Positions 49,101 through 64,000 of a DNA stretch of 64,000 nucleotides are shown in pieces. The position numbers and the translations under genes are program-made. The notes under the pieces were generated by a model, which saw only the letters and a list, made by a program, of their open reading frames with translations, was not told the DNA's origin and searched no databases. Numbering within the stretch: the stretch's first letter is position 1; every line of letters begins with the position of its first letter. The DNA comes from Geosiphon pyriformis uo1 (lineage: Eukaryota > Fungi > Glomeromycota). The stretch is from assembly GCA_016748015.1 (NCBI GenBank), contig JAAOMT010000602.1:757696-821695 (forward strand), in the 5' to 3' direction.

Positions 49101-51798
49101 TTTTAAAGTTTATTTAATATGTTAAAAAGTTTAACAGTTTTGTTATCAAACAGTCTACCAACTACCAGAACCAATTTTTTATACTAATATTGTCTATTAT
49201 ATCAAAAAAAACATTATTCTTTTTGTGACTCAAAAATACATATTGGTAAAACCACAAATTAAACAAAACTAAAAACACTTCTTGCTTTTTTATTTATCTT
49301 ATTATAATATTGTTTATTTTAAGCTTTATTTTATTTAGTTCTAAAATTAACTTCTTCTTAACTACCAAATAATCCAAAACAACTTTGTAATAAAATTGTT
49401 TTAAAATACTTCTTATCATGTTTTTCTTTTTAGAACTAAAATTTTTTATTTGTTTCTTAATTATATTTTTAATAAATACATTCTTGGCCACTTTTAATTT
49501 ATGGTATTTTAACTTTTAATAGCTTTTTTGATTTTTGACAAATGTTTTATTATTTTTGCAAACTTTATATTATCACAAAACAAATTATTAATCTTAGAAG
49601 TCTTAATATTATTAATGGTTAATTAAACTTTAACAAGATAATTGACTTTAAACTTATTATCTAAATTTAAACATTTTATTATTTTAACAATTAACAATTT
49701 TAGCTTGAAAAACTTAGAAAATTGTTTGTTTTTTAAGCAATCAAAATCACAGAACCAATGTTTAAAAAACATTTTATCAGCTAAATTAATTATTATTTCT
49801 TTTAACATTTTTTATATTGTATATAAATCTTTATAATTTTTTGTATTTACAAAATTACTCAGTATTGCCAACAGTTTAACAGAAAAGCATTTCTTAAAAC
49901 ATTTTTATTTGGCCTTATTTGCATTTTTAGTTCTAAATTTCTAATAATTTTTATTAGTCTGTTTGTGAATACTATTCAAATAAACATCTAATATATTCTT
50001 TAATTCAATCAAAATTACAATTGCTTTGTAATTAGTATTAAATCAGACACAAAACCAATCTTACAACTTGTAACTGTTAATAACAGACCTTTATTTACAA
50101 AGCTATAGTTAATAACTTTTTTAATTTCTTTAAAGTTGTTTAAGTAAAAATTTTAACCAAAAATTTTTTATTTAATAAATTAATTAAACTTATATTTAAG
50201 CATTTTTTGAAATTTGCACTTTTTTTAAAATTATTTTTATTCAAAATTATAAAAAAACTAGAACTAATTATTTTAGAAATAATAGTATTAACATTAAAAA
50301 CCTGATTAAACTACATTTTAGTTAATGTATCAGCATATAAACTCAAAATTATGACTGAAAATTTACTCTTAAACAATAACCAAACTAAAATAAACCTGCT
50401 GTAAACTTTTTCAATTCTTAATATATGCTGAGCCAAGAATTAATTTATAATAATAACCATATTAGCATCAAAAAAACTTTTATTCAAACTTAATATAAAG
50501 ATTCAAATATTATTAAACTTATTCTTAATTTAAGACTTGGTATTAGACTTTAATTTAGTTTTAGTAACAATAAAAATTATATTGTCAGATTTTAAATCTC
50601 AACAAATAATGTTTTTTTGCTTAGCCAAATTATTCATATTTTTAATATTGCACATAGCAATTTTCCAAAATAAATCACTTATTTAGATAAAAAAAATACC
50701 AAAAAATCTGATTTAGTATACAATTAATTCAATTTTGTCAAAACAGATATAATAGACATCTCAAAAACAATTATCTTTAACTCTAAGCTATGTATTTTAG
50801 TGGTTGAAACTTTAAAGCTGTTTATGTCTAAACTTAAAGTTTTTTCTATTGTTATTAATAGAAAAAAAAATAATATTAATAAACTATTCAAAACCATATT
50901 TGAATTTAAATTCATATTTAACACTATTAAATCATTTAATATAAGAAATAAAGAAGCAAAAACAAAAGATACCAGATTCAAATCATTTAACTTGTACACA
51001 ATATTTAATATCTGATTAATTAACAGCTTCAGAAAATATTCTAAAAAAACTAATCAATTACCAATTAAAGACATGTTTTAAAAATTAGAACACATTTTAT
51101 TAAGATATAGAGCACTAAAGAAAAAAATTCAAAAAAAAATCAGAATAAACATTAACAAAAACAATTATTAAAAAATTATTTGCATTTAAGATTTGTTGTT
51201 AAAAGCAGCAAGTTAAAAAATAGACACATTTTTTTTTGTATAAAAGTGAGCCAGCTAAAGACAATTCTTATTTGAAACAAATTTCTTATAAACTTTTTTT
51301 AAAACTAGAGTAAAAAAATCTAAAAAATTATACTTAAAAGAAAAGTATTCAAAATATTCACACTTTTTACAACAAACCAGATTTAGCTAAACTCAAAAAA
51401 GTTTCACATTACCAAATATTAATTCCATGCAAAAAACAGACTTCAGATTTTTATTTAACTTAAAACCAATTATAGCACAATAAACTCTATTGCCAGTCTT
51501 AAATAAATAATTAATAACACAAGTATTTTTATCAGTTTTTTCTAATAACACACTAAAATTATAAACAGTTATTCCTACAAACAAATAAATAAAAGTGTCT
51601 TAAATCAATTCTTTAACATCTAAGTATTACAATTATCTACTGTTTTGACCATATACTGAATTTTTTCTAATTAAGAATAACTATTTAAATATTAACTAAT
51701 TAGTTTAATCCTATTTATTAAAGCTTAATTAATTATAATTAAATTAACATAATTTAATTAAATTCAAATATTGTGGCAATAATCATTTTTTTTGATAT
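46110..51798 (-). mobile_element. Heavily mutated LINE (ORF1 3' part, ORF2, 3' UTR), interrupted by element G
   Basis: Fragments match ORF2 (YKYLEIFL, KVVLDYLVV, LIKAVYKKL) and ORF1 (KVSTTKIHSLELKI); boundaries approximate. Confidence 0.82.
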
Positions 51799-54700
51799 TG
51801 TAATTTATAAAAAATAAGAATTAAAATAATTAAAAGAAAACAGCCAATCAGAAATAAGCATAATAAAAAAAAAATTTCAGGATTTTTTTTGAAAAATTAA
51901 AAAATTTCAAGAAATTTTATATAATAAGAAACATATATATATAACAAAAATATTAAAAATGAGAAAAATACCAAAACAAGTAATTAAATACCTTTTTTTT
52001 TAAAAGTTAATTTTCTATATCTTGAAGTGAAATCATATAAATATCAAATAAAATTATTATTTTATTATTTAATTTATGTTATTTATATTATTGGATTAAT
52101 ATTACTATTTCTTAACTTAATTAGTAATTCATGTTAATAATATTTATTACTTAACTATACTAAAATAATAATTTTTAATTATAGCTATTAACAAGATATT
52201 ATTTTTTTATTTCTTTTATTATTTTTTATTATTATTTTTTATTATTATTTTTTATTTTGTTTCTTTGTTGTTTACTGATTAATTAAAAGATAAAATACTA
52301 AGATATTAATATCAAAGATAGATTGGTAAAAAATTTGTAAATAAAAATAACAAATTTGGAAAAGAAGATAATTTATTAGAAAAACATAAGTGCCAAATTA
52401 AACCAGTTATCATGCTAAAAAAAAAATTTACAGAAGAAACTATCATTTAAATTTTTGTTTATTATATAAAAAACTCAACCAAAACCTTCAAATATTTAAA
52501 AATCTTCAGAAATTATCATTATCAACAGTTATTAAGCATCAAATTACAGATTTGTTATTTATTTTAATATTCCAAATAATTATTTGTAATATTTGATGTT
52601 TTTTGTAAAGTATAATTTAGCAAAAAACAAGCATTATTAACAACTATCTGAAAAAGTAACAGACCAAAAAATCATAGAAAAAAATCACTTAAAATTTGCG
52701 AAATTCTTATTTTAATATTACCAAACTTATTTTAAACTAACAAATAATTATTGGCCAGCAGAATCAATTTTTAACTTCTATGTTAATAAAAAAATTATAC
52801 ACTACTTGAAAGGCCAAAAAGATTCAGAAGTCACCATTAGAAATTTTTACAGTAAGCTATTATAATACACTAGTTTCTTACAAAATTATAGTTTTACTCC
52901 AATAATTACAGAGATAAATCACAAGATTAAAAACTATACCAAACAGAAATTTTTTATTATCTTTGCCAACAAAGAAAAAGAAAAGTTACAAATTCTAGCA
53001 GAAACTTTAAAAAAAATACAACTGTCTACTTAAAAAAAACCAAAAATTATTTTACTTATTAATCTATTATATTATTATATGCTTAAAAGCACTATTTAGA
53101 TAATATTAACAGTCATGTTTATATTAAAAACATTATTAACACAAGTACTATTCCAAAATAAACAAAAAAAACCAAATTATTAAGAACTTATAACAATTAT
53201 TTCGAAAGATTTAAATTGTAACTAATAATACTATTAAAACTTTAATTACTGTTACTTTAACCTAATTTCGAATCTATTAGTAATTGAATAGATACTAAAT
53301 CAGAGAAAGAAGAAAATAATAATTGTAAAAACAGTAGACAAAATCCAATCTTAGATAAACCAAATATTTAAACTCTAATTGTTTAAATCTAGCAAAACCC
53401 AAACAATTTAAACACCAGCTTTATTGTTTAACAAAATCCACTTCTAGTTATATGAGTCAATCTACTACAAGTTACATAAATAGCCATTTTTTTATTATAC
53501 TAATAACAATCACTATTAATACTAATAGCTTATGTTTTAATTGCAAAACTTAAGAAATTTACTGGCAAAAAAAACAATGTCCAAGCCTAACTAAACAATA
53601 TTATGAAAGCTATTACAGTTAATAATTAGGATAACATTAGAGCTTTCCAAGCAATTTTATATTTTTTTTATAGAATATTACCAATTTGTATTAAAGTTTT
53701 GCAAACAAATTTAATAGTTTTAATATATTCAAAATCACATTTCTACAATATTTTAATAATTATAACAGCATTAACTGTCTTTTAACGAGATTTATTATCA
53801 TTAAATAAGACAATACTAAAGCAGTTACAATTTATTTAAAATATTTTTACAGAAATTTGTGCCAAATTCAAGCAATTAACACTAATTATTTTATAATGTC
53901 TGAGATCTTAAATTGGTTTATCCACAAATTATGTAGTAGCTTTTTGTATTAAGTATGCTTATTATATTCAAATACTTTCTAAGATGCAGTTATATATACT
54001 AGAGATTTTGAATTGACAAAACTCAAAGCCAATTATGCTTAAGCTGTTAATCTAATAATAAATAAATTATTTGAATTATATTCCAAATTAAAACAGTTTA
54101 ACAAATTTATTAATTAGAAATTAGAGAGATATTTAGCTAACAATTCAGCAATATATCAATTTCTACAACATTATAACAATTAAAAAAACTTAAATTAAGT
54201 TTAAAATCAATTATGTTTATTATCATTATCAACATTAGCAAATTTATTATAACAACATAAAACACATAATTGTTATCATTGTAATAAACAAAACCATTTA
54301 AGAACAGATTATTACTCTAGGTTTAATAACTCATAATTGGAAAATCAATCTAGAAATCCTAATTGGAAAGTTTCAAATTATGAACTATGTTAATAACTCA
54401 GTGACAAGACAATATTAGTATCAATTCTATTATACACAGATAATACAACAGCCAATATGCTCATTTCTAATTTATCAAGTCTTAATACCAATAATTTATT
54501 AAGCATTACAACCACAAATAATCTATTAATTTCAACAAATTCAAATATTATCTTAAAATCTAATTTAAATATCTACTAGAAACCAAAAACCAAGAATTAT
54601 GCACATTCAACAGAATTGAAAATTAGCAATAATAATGCATTAACCAATTTCTAATTTATTAAATTATTTATCAAAATTATGTCAGTGGAATTTAAAAAGT

Positions 54701-57700
54701 AGATATGCCCAAAACCTAAATTTTCAAAGTTATTTAAGTCTTTTGACAATTCCAAAAAACATTTCATCCAGTATCTTTAAAGTCTAGAAACCACATATCA
54801 ATAATATTTTATCTGTTATTATTATGAAAAACAAGTTGCTTATTGCAATATTTTTTTTTAAACTTAAAAAACCACTAATAATGTCTCTTTTTAATAGAAC
54901 TGTTTTTAATACCAAACCAATTATTATTATATACACTAATACTAAAGCTAATAGTTACTTTATCAAATTAATTTTTAATAGTGAGTTAATAGATAATATT
55001 ATTACATACTAACTTATGAACCAATTAAGTTACTAAGTTGATTAAACTGTTAATACCAGAATTATCACCATTAATAGAGCAATAAAAACTTTTATTGGTA
55101 AGTTAAGCAAAGTTTATTGTTTTACTTTTTCTGTTATTTTAAGCATTTAAAATGTTTTCAGTAACACATTTTACAATAGTAACAAGTACATGTTTCATAT
55201 TTTTTTTCTGGTAAAATACAAGATTCTATAGATAAAAGCTTTTTGTTGCAATTAATGTACTTAAGTAAAATATAAAGTAAATGTTTTTTTAATACTAGTG
55301 CTGAATATAAAATAAGCCAACTATTTGTTAATTTTTTTGTAAGAATAATGGCTTAAAATTTATTTTTCTCTTTTTTTATTCTAAGTAAGTATTAATAATA
55401 ACTTATTGTATTCTTTATTGGTTCATGATACTTAATATGCTTTTTAGATAGGTTTTTTTTCCTCTAACTTAATTAATAATTGTTTTTTTGAATAGGTCTT
55501 AAATAATTACAAATAGCCAGTATTTGATTTTTCTAATAATTATAGTTGAGCTAAAGTTCCTAAATGTTCTTGTTAAGTATAGCATTGGTTTTGAACAGCC
55601 AGTTGTTATTAACAAAAGCTTAATACTATATAATTTTTATAACTAAAACTTTGATAAATGTAATAATGCCATTGATTTTAAATAAAAAGTTATCAATCTT
55701 AAAAATTTCAGCAATAATTATAATCTAATTAGTTTTTAGGTTTAGTTTAATAAAAAAAATTAATATTTGAGAAGAAATAATTGATACAGAATATATAGAA
55801 AATATTATTACAATACTATAAATAAATCAAAAAAAACATATACTATTGAACCAAATAAAAAAATACCACAAACAATATTTTTGTCTTTAGTGAAAATAGC
55901 TTAATTAGTGTTAATAAAAACAAAAAAAAATTAAAGATAACAATAAAAGAGATAAATGGGTTTAGATTAACAAAAAAAATAGAAATACCAATTAATATAA
56001 CAAAAAAAATAATAATTAACCAAAGAAAAATTATTTTTACTCATTAATTAATTTTTATTTTACTATATAACTAATATATATTAGTTATTAAGAAGAAAAT
56101 AAAGAATTAACTTCAGATTTTTGAAGTAAAATTTACTATTTGTAAGTTAAGAGAGATTGCTATTACCAATTTATATATACTAACCAAAAACCATAAGCAT
56201 ATTAAAATTCTAATATACAACACAACTAGAGACCCAATAAAAATACCAAGCAAAATTATTATTAAATACTTAAATACTGAAGTTAAAGATCAAGTACTAA
56301 CTATTATTTCAGATTTTGCACAACTTTGTAGATATATAGATATTATATTGCAATCCAAAAAGCATATCAAATACTATTTGCCAGTCATAAAATCATTCAG
56401 CAAAAAATCAACTATATATTAGACAATAAGTTAATTTAATTATTAATAAATCAATAATTATTATCAGTAGAACTTGTATGAAAAAAAATAAAAAGATTTG
56501 CTTTTGTGTAGATTACAGAAAACTCAACAGTATAATTTATAAAGACAATTATTTGATGCTTTTAGAGAAAAAAATAGTTTTTTATATTAAACTTAGACAA
56601 TAGTTACTAATAAGTAGTTATAAATTCTATTGACAAGAAAAAATAACATTTATTACAAGAAAAAAAAACTTTAAATTCGATATTATGTCTTTTAACTTAA
56701 CTAATATTTCAGTCATTTTTTAATAACTAATAAAAATTATCTATATTGGATTGCTATAAAAATCTATAATAGTCTACTTAAATAATATCAACATGTTTTC
56801 TAAAAGATTTAATAATTACTTTTATCATTTCTAATAAATGTTTGAATAATTAAAAAGAACAAAATTAAAATTAAATACTACTAAATATTTCTTTAAAAAA
56901 ACCGAGCTTAAGTTTTTGGAACATATTGTAAGCAAAAACAGCATAAAAACAGATTTAGACAAGATTAAAATAGTTAAAAACTTTTCAGTACCAATAAACT
57001 TAATTAAACTAGGAGTATTCTTAAAATTTACTAAATATTACTACTGCTTTATTCAAAATTTTTCTAAATTGGCTTAACTATTTTACCAGTTTTAAGTCAA
57101 AAACATTAAGTATAAATAGACTCAAAAAAAGCAAAAAGCTTTTAATACATTACAAAAAAAGCTTATTTAAGCTCTAGTATTAATTTATTCAGATTATAAC
57201 AAACTATTTATTATTATTACAGATCTATTAGACTAAACATTGAAAGCAATACTATTATAATAAGAATTGAATAAATAAGAACATTTAATAATATATGCCA
57301 GCTAAAGTTTGAGTCCAACTAAAAAGAACTATAAAATACCAGACTTAAAACATTTAGCTATTTATTGAACTATTATCAAATAAAAAAATACTTAAATCAA
57401 AAATTTGATGTGTATACTGATTATAAAAGATTGATATCAATTCAAAAGCAAAAATTTACAGACAATTATTATGCACAATAGAAAATAAAATTATCCCTAT
57501 TTAATTATATAGTACATTATAAAAAAGAAAAAAAAATAAAAATATTGATAACTTGTTACAAATGAGACAAATTTAAAAACATTTTAAACCCAAAAATATC
57601 TTAAAAAAATAAATACATAAAAATATTAACAACTTTAATATTATATTAATACTTATTAGTTTAAAGAGAAATTATCTCAAAAAGAACAAAACAACACAAA

Positions 57701-58035
57701 ACAACAATCAAAATACTTTATTACTTACCAAAATATACTATATTAAAAAAACAAAAAAAAATTAAATTAGTTACTTAAAGTAATTACAAAATTAGAAAAA
57801 AAAATAATATTGTTCAACATATACTCAGATCTAATAACAGAACATTTTCATAAAGAAGCAATTATAAAAAAAATTAGAAAAAGATATTACTGGCCATTAA
57901 TGTATTCAAATATTATTTAATATGTTTAAAATTATAATGTTTATTAAAAAAAAGAAGAAACCAAATCCAGTAAACTATTAAGACCAATTAAAATAAAACA
58001 ACTATTTGATTAAATTAAAATTGATTTAGTTGGAT

Positions 58036-61000
58036 TAGAGTTTTAATGTTTGGTCTGATTTGATTCAAGTTCAATTAAACCACCAAATTAAACTGAATTC
58101 AAACAGAAGATTTGGCAAAATTTTGAATTCAAACTTGAATTAAACTTAAAATTACTGAACTTGAACTAAACCTGAATACATACAACAAGTCTGATTTAAG
58201 TTTAATTTAAAGTTTATAAATATGTTTAGATTTAACTATTAAAATATTATATTATACTATATTATTATTTAATTTTTTTTTAATAATCTCTACATTTATA
58301 ATTAAAAACACTATATTGCTCTTATAATTTTAGACACTAAGTAAGACTTCATATCTGTAATTATATTTTTACTTATAGAAAAAATATGTTTAGAAACAAT
58401 AGATAATTTTTAAATTGCTAAATAATTACAAACTATACATATAAGATAAAAAAATTGTGTTTAATATATCTAAATATAAAATTATGAATAAAATGTTAAT
58501 TTAGATAAATATTTTTTGTAATATATCTTTTATTATATTATTACATCTATTTTTTTATTGGCTATTTTTTCAGAAATATAATAATCAATTTTGTCAAGTT
58601 TTTTTTTATTATCATCAAAGTTTGCTTTTAATATAAATTATATAATTAATACTATAGTATTATTAAAATTATTATTTAACAAAAAACTGTTATTTAATAT
58701 TGGTATAATATTTAGTGTATACTTTATTTCAAAGAGAGTACACATTCTAAAAGTTTATTTATCATGTAAAAGTTGAAAAATAAAATTGTTTAAAAAAATT
58801 AATAACTTACAATTCTTTTGTTTTATTAATATTGTCATCCAAAAATTTTCTCTTTGTAAAATAATAAAATTTTTTTCTTGGATTTAATACAGTGCAGAAC
58901 ATTATAGTTGTATTTGTTTTAAAGTAATATTTAACCAATTTTCTTCTTGCTGTTCTAACTGCCATAACAAATAATAAATTTAATATTAAATGTGTTAAAT
59001 AAATAACTAAATAAATACAATTAAGATTATAATACTTTATCAAATTCATTACTATTAATCATGTTTTTGATGTGATTAAGAATAATATTAAAAAAAAAAT
59101 AATTAAAGAAACAATATTATTTGAACTGACTAATATTTTGACTGTAATATTTTTAAATAGTTCAAGAAATTTAGCAATTTTATTGAAAACAGTCCATTAA
59201 TTATGTAAAATAGCATATTAATAAAGATCAATATGAGTGTTAGTAAGAGTATTTAATGTTTATAAATTTACAATTAGAATTTTTGTATTCGAAATATACA
59301 AATTAAAAATAAACAACTTGTCAATTTAAGAGATAACTTATTGTTGACCATGTTATAAATAAAATTTTATCAAATGAAACAATCTAAAATAAGTTTATGG
59401 TATTTAATTTGACATGTATTACAGATGTATTTAAGAAGCTCAAAATATTGAAGTAAGATATAAATTGCAGAGTTAAGTTTTCTAATCTTTAATTTATATA
59501 AAGTTTACATTAAAAAAATTTTAGGTAGATATATTTAATTTGGGTTTTTAATAAATATCTTAGAAATATTATCACTTATTTTATTTAAGGCTGTTTATAC
59601 TGCCAAATTTAAAATATGATCAAAACATCAAAATCAAAGATTTTTTAAGTTTTATTGAATGTTTTTCTCTTTTAATTTTTTATTAACTCTTTTATAAAAG
59701 TTCTATTATTTATAGTATTATCAAGAATAATAACAAGCTGTTAAAAAAAAATTAAGTTATAATTAATAAAATTAATAGTAAACTTATATAAAAAAAGGTG
59801 AGTACAATTCTTTTTTAAACTTCTTTCTTAACCTTTTTGGCTAAAAATTTGGCTCAAAGCAATAATAAAAACCATTTAAGCTAATATTAAGAAAACATGG
59901 TTTTTAATAATATAGGCACTATAGTAACTCTAAGTTTTAGATAATGCTAATGCTAAAAATTCAGCTCTGGAGCAATAATAAAAACTAATTTAAGCCAACA
60001 TTAAGAAAATATGAAATTTAATAATATAAACATTATGATAACTCTGAATTTCAGATAATACTAATATGTTGTATAGTACATTAATCTCATTATTGACCAT
60101 TAACTAACCCAAATTTATGCAAAAATATATGTATATATTTTTAATGTAATTCTATAATCTTTTAATACTTTAAAAAATCTGTTTACAATATTTATTCTAT
60201 TATATTATCTATTTATTAATCCAAAATTAATTATTGTTTGTTAAAAGTTCTAATTGTTATTAATATAATAAGCAATAACAAAGACAAAGACTTTATTATT
60301 GAAAATGTCTAAAGATTTAATATAAAAAAAATTTTGAACTTGATAATACCTAAATATATCTATTATATTATAAGTATGAATAAAAAAAACATTTTATAAT
60401 AAAAATAGTGTTTATTCTTAATTTTTGTCTACTTAAGACATAAAATTCTATGACTCTATTCTTAATTATATCAGCATAACCAAATTGAGAAGTAATGTTC
60501 AATATTAAAATATTTTAATTAATTCAGAGTTTTTTATTATAAGAAATAATTGCTGGTAGTTGATAAGCCAAATAATAATCATGTTACAAAGTTTTTATTA
60601 TTAATATCAATAGTAGTTATTACAAAAAATTAGAACAGTTTTCTAGTTAGATTGGCCAAAAATCATAAAAAAAAGTAGCAATCTCATTTATTAAAACATT
60701 TCTTTAATTAACTCATAATCTTTTTAAACATTGTCTTTTTTTATAATATTTTTTTATTGTAACATATACTGTTTAGTAGAAAGTTTCTAAATAGTGCCAT
60801 AAAAATTTAGTAATATTCATAGTTTTACAAAAAAATGCTTTATGTACATATTTTGAGACCATATATTTGGCTGTTTTTTTTTATTTACTCAAACTTATCA
60901 AAATAGTCTTATACTTTATTCTAAAAACTATGTTTACCAAATATATTAATATTTGGACTATTTGGGTTATCAAATTCCGTTATTTTAGATTTTGAATCTT

Positions 61001-61309
61001 TAATAACATTGGATAATACTAACAATAAATTTATTTTGGTAAGTTAAAAAGTAAAGTTGTTATACATACATAATTTTATATATCTCTTTAATTAATCATA
61101 GTAATTAAACAAAGTAATAATTAATGAACAAATAATATAAGTTATATTTTTTTTAATTTCATTGAATTTAAACAACTTTATAAACTTTAAACCAGACTTG
61201 AACCAAATTCAGACTTATTAAAAAAATTCAATACTGAACTCAAATTGAACCTACTTTGAAAAATTGGTTCAATTCAAGTATGGTTCTGTTTGGTTTAATT
61301 AAGATCTTA
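58036..61309 (-). mobile_element. Degenerate hAT-superfamily DNA transposon inserted in G's integrase
   Basis: 8-bp TSD AGTTGGAT/AGTTAGAC (58028-58035 / 61310-61317); TIRs reconcile to TAGGGTCTTAAT by transitions; subterminal TGAAYTC/GGTTC repeats; transposase remnants ILDN, CFDHILNLAV, KLVKYY..LNPRKK and a hATC-like C-terminus. Confidence 0.85.
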
Positions 61310-62312
61310 AGTTAGACTATTAACAATTATCAACAAAGACAACTAATATATAGCAGTTGTCATGAACTATTTTACAAAATAACCAAAAGCTAAAGTCATT
61401 TAAAAAACAGATGCATAATCTATAACCAAATTTATATACTAAAATTTAATTTATTAATATAAATTTTCAAAAAAATTGTTGTTAGACCAAAAAATTTACT
61501 TTGTTAACAAAATATTAACAAAATTAAGTCAAAGATTTAGAATTAAAAAACCATTATTATCTTTATATTATCTATAAACAAATAACTTAGTTAAAAGATT
61601 TAATAAAATATTGTGTGAAGCAATAGCCAAAATCAGTCAAAAAAACCAAAATAAATAGAATTTGTTTATACTATCAGTATTATTTGCTTATTGGACAATA
61701 AAGTAAGATACAATATAAACAACACTATTTAAATTAGTATATAATAAAACAGCAATATTGCTAATAGAAATAGATATTTACATATATTCAACAAAATCAA
61801 TAATAAAAGCTAATATTCAAAAAACACTGTTGTAAAAAACCTATTATTTAATAAAAACACTAAAAAATAAAAAATAAAAGCAGTTAATAATATCCAAAGA
61901 TTACAGAAAAAACAAAAAAAACAATATAACAACTAATTATTAGACAAACCAGTTAAATTCAAGATTAAAAACAAAGTATTCTTATATTATATCAAAAAAA
62001 AAACAATAAAGTAAAAAATTTAATTCTAAATAAAACAATTCATTTTATATTGAAAAAATTCTAAAAAACAGAGCTTATAAATTAAAATAAGACAATAAAA
62101 TCTTAGTCAAAACAGTATATAATAATTGATTAAAACCATATTACAATATAGTATTATCTTTTATTAATAATATTTTACAACTGGGAGTACAACAAATATT
62201 AATTAAACCAGATAAAATTTAGAACCAATTATAATGATTGAAGTAAACACATTAATTTAAGCTATTAAAATAATATAAAAAAACTTATATATACAATAAA
62301 AACAACAAAAAA

Positions 62313-62930
62313 ATGAAAATTACTGATAATATTCATTTGTTGATACAACAACTATTTTAAATTATCAAGTATTAAAAATTAAACATGAAAGTTACAATTA
62401 ATCAATAAACAATTTAATATAAAGACACAAAAAAAAACAGCAATTTTAAAACAATTTACAATACTAAACATATTTAAGGCCTAAAAACATAATAAATAAT
62501 ATAATAACAAAAATAAAAATATTACTAGAACTACCAAAAACAACAATACTATACAGAAAATTAACTAAAAAAAATTAAAAATAGTAAACACAACAATTTT
62601 CTAAAAACTTTTGTTATTATCACTTAGAACAAAAGCTAAATATTTAGAATTTGTATATAGATAAAACAAAATAGATGTTTAATATCACAATATTATAACA
62701 AATAAAACAATTTATAAAGAAGAACAATTTATTTATACAAATAAAAATAATATACTAATTACAAGCAGAATTTTAAGACTGTTCAGAAATACTGATATAC
62801 TTAACAATGAGCACTATAATTATTAACTAATTAAAAAAGATTACCAATGCCTAATTCGAAAAATTACAAACCAGAATTATTCAAATAATTCTGAAAAAAG
62901 AATTAATAAAATTAATTCAAAAAAGAAAAA
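62313..62930 (+). pseudogene. ORF3 remnant of element G
   Basis: MKITDNIHLLIQQLF matches C ORF3 start; KITNA.FEKLQ matches its C-terminus. Confidence 0.7.
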
Positions 62931-63442
62931 AAAATATTATTTATAGAAAATAAGAGTTATAATAATTAAAAAAAAACAGCTAATTAGAAATAAGTATAAT
63001 AAAAAAAAGAATTCTAGAATTTTTTTCAAAAAATTAAAGGATTTCAAGAAATTTTATATAACAAAAAACATGTATATATAGCAAAAATATTAAAAGTAAA
63101 AAAATACCAAAACAAGTTAGAACAGACAAGTAATTAAATATTTCTTTTTTTAAAAGTTGGTTTTTTATACTTTGAAATAAAATCATTCAAATATCAAATA
63201 AAATTATTATTTTATTATTCAATTCATGTTTTTTATATTATTAAATTAATATTGCTATTCTTTAACTCAATCAACAATTTATGTTAATAATATCTACTAT
63301 TTAATCATACTAAAACAATAGTTCTTGATTATGGCTATTAATAAAATATTAATTTTTTATTTTTTATTATTATTTTTTTTTATTTTTTTTATTTTATTTT
63401 TTTGTTGTTTACTAATTGATTAAAAAATAAAGTACTAAGTTA

Positions 63443-64000
63443 TTAAGAAAATTTTTCTGATAATCTGAGTTTTAGTCATTATTAATTTGCTTTTTACTAT
63501 TAATAGATTGATATTCAAAGCAAAAAAATTTTTAATGGTTATTTTAATTAGAGTTTTTATTATTTTAAAGTCAATTTATCTTTTGTTTAAAGAAATATTG
63601 AGAGAAAATAAGAAAAATTCAACTTTTTTTTCTGTATTAAAAATAAAAAAACCACAAATTATACTAAAAATTACTTTTTTGGTTTTAAACATAGTAATAA
63701 CTAAATCCAAAAAAGATTTACTATTAACATCTGTTATAATACTATTGCTTTTATTATTATTAAACATATTATTTATATCTGAATACATATTACCACCAAA
63801 ATTAGATTTAACCAAGAAAATATCTTTTTTATTATCAAAATGTTTAATATTATTAAGCATAACTCTTTTTTTTGAAAATAAAAAGCTATTAGCAAAATCA
63901 TAAAAAGCTTTTTTAAACATCTTTTTCTTAAATATATTACTATTTAAAACAGTTTTTAAGTCTATAATAAAAAAATTATTAGTTTGAAAAATATTGAAAA
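63443..64000 (-). mobile_element. LINE ORF1 N-terminal remnant, probably the continuation of 46110-51798
   Basis: KTQIIRKIF matches ORF1 KLMAVKKIF; the junction lacks a TSD, consistent with a deletion. Confidence 0.6.

Larger units (their letters stand above)
51799..63442 (+). mobile_element. Heavily mutated Ty3/Gypsy element G (family 1); 5' LTR 51799-52591, truncated 3' LTR 62935-~63442
   Basis: Reverse-complement homology to A and C across gag, PR, dUTPase, RT, RH, INT and ORF3; PBS remnant ~52592-52612; purine run before 62935. Confidence 0.85.

Noticed and set aside
1-64000. Alternative genetic code (TGA=Trp, stop reassignment) to explain the many in-frame stops
   Set aside because: Stops include TAA, TAG and TGA at Gln, Arg and Trp positions, differ between copies, and co-occur with frameshifts and catalytic-site changes, which indicates mutational decay
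40690-64000. Short Ile/Lys/Asn/Phe-rich ORFs as membrane or organellar genes
   Set aside because: They are AT-drifted remnants or antisense shadows of the LINE, Gypsy and hAT sequences

Overview
This window is eukaryotic, very AT-rich DNA made almost entirely of nested, decayed transposable elements; I found no credible host gene. The proteins resemble, from recall only and not verified, TE-derived predicted proteins of Glomeromycotina fungi such as Geosiphon. It holds four Ty3/Gypsy LTR retrotransposons from two families: A (1-18183, minus), B (7832-17543, plus, inserted in A's LTR), C (30737-40727, minus) and G (51799-~63442, plus). It also holds five copies or fragments of one APE-RT-RNaseH LINE family and one hAT DNA transposon (58036-61309) inserted in G's integrase. 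Most junctions resolve at target-site duplications, which gives an insertion order. Older layers are progressively stripped of C and G by transitions, which looks RIP-like or methylation-driven. The most unusual signal is a three-ORF Gypsy architecture shared by both families. ORF1 encodes gag, protease, a Cys-rich domain, dUTPase, a dUTPase-like segment, RT and RNase H, and stops right after RNase H. The integrase is a separate ORF with its own ATG after a 29-46 nt spacer. A conserved, non-env ORF3 of about 215 aa lies just before the PPT.
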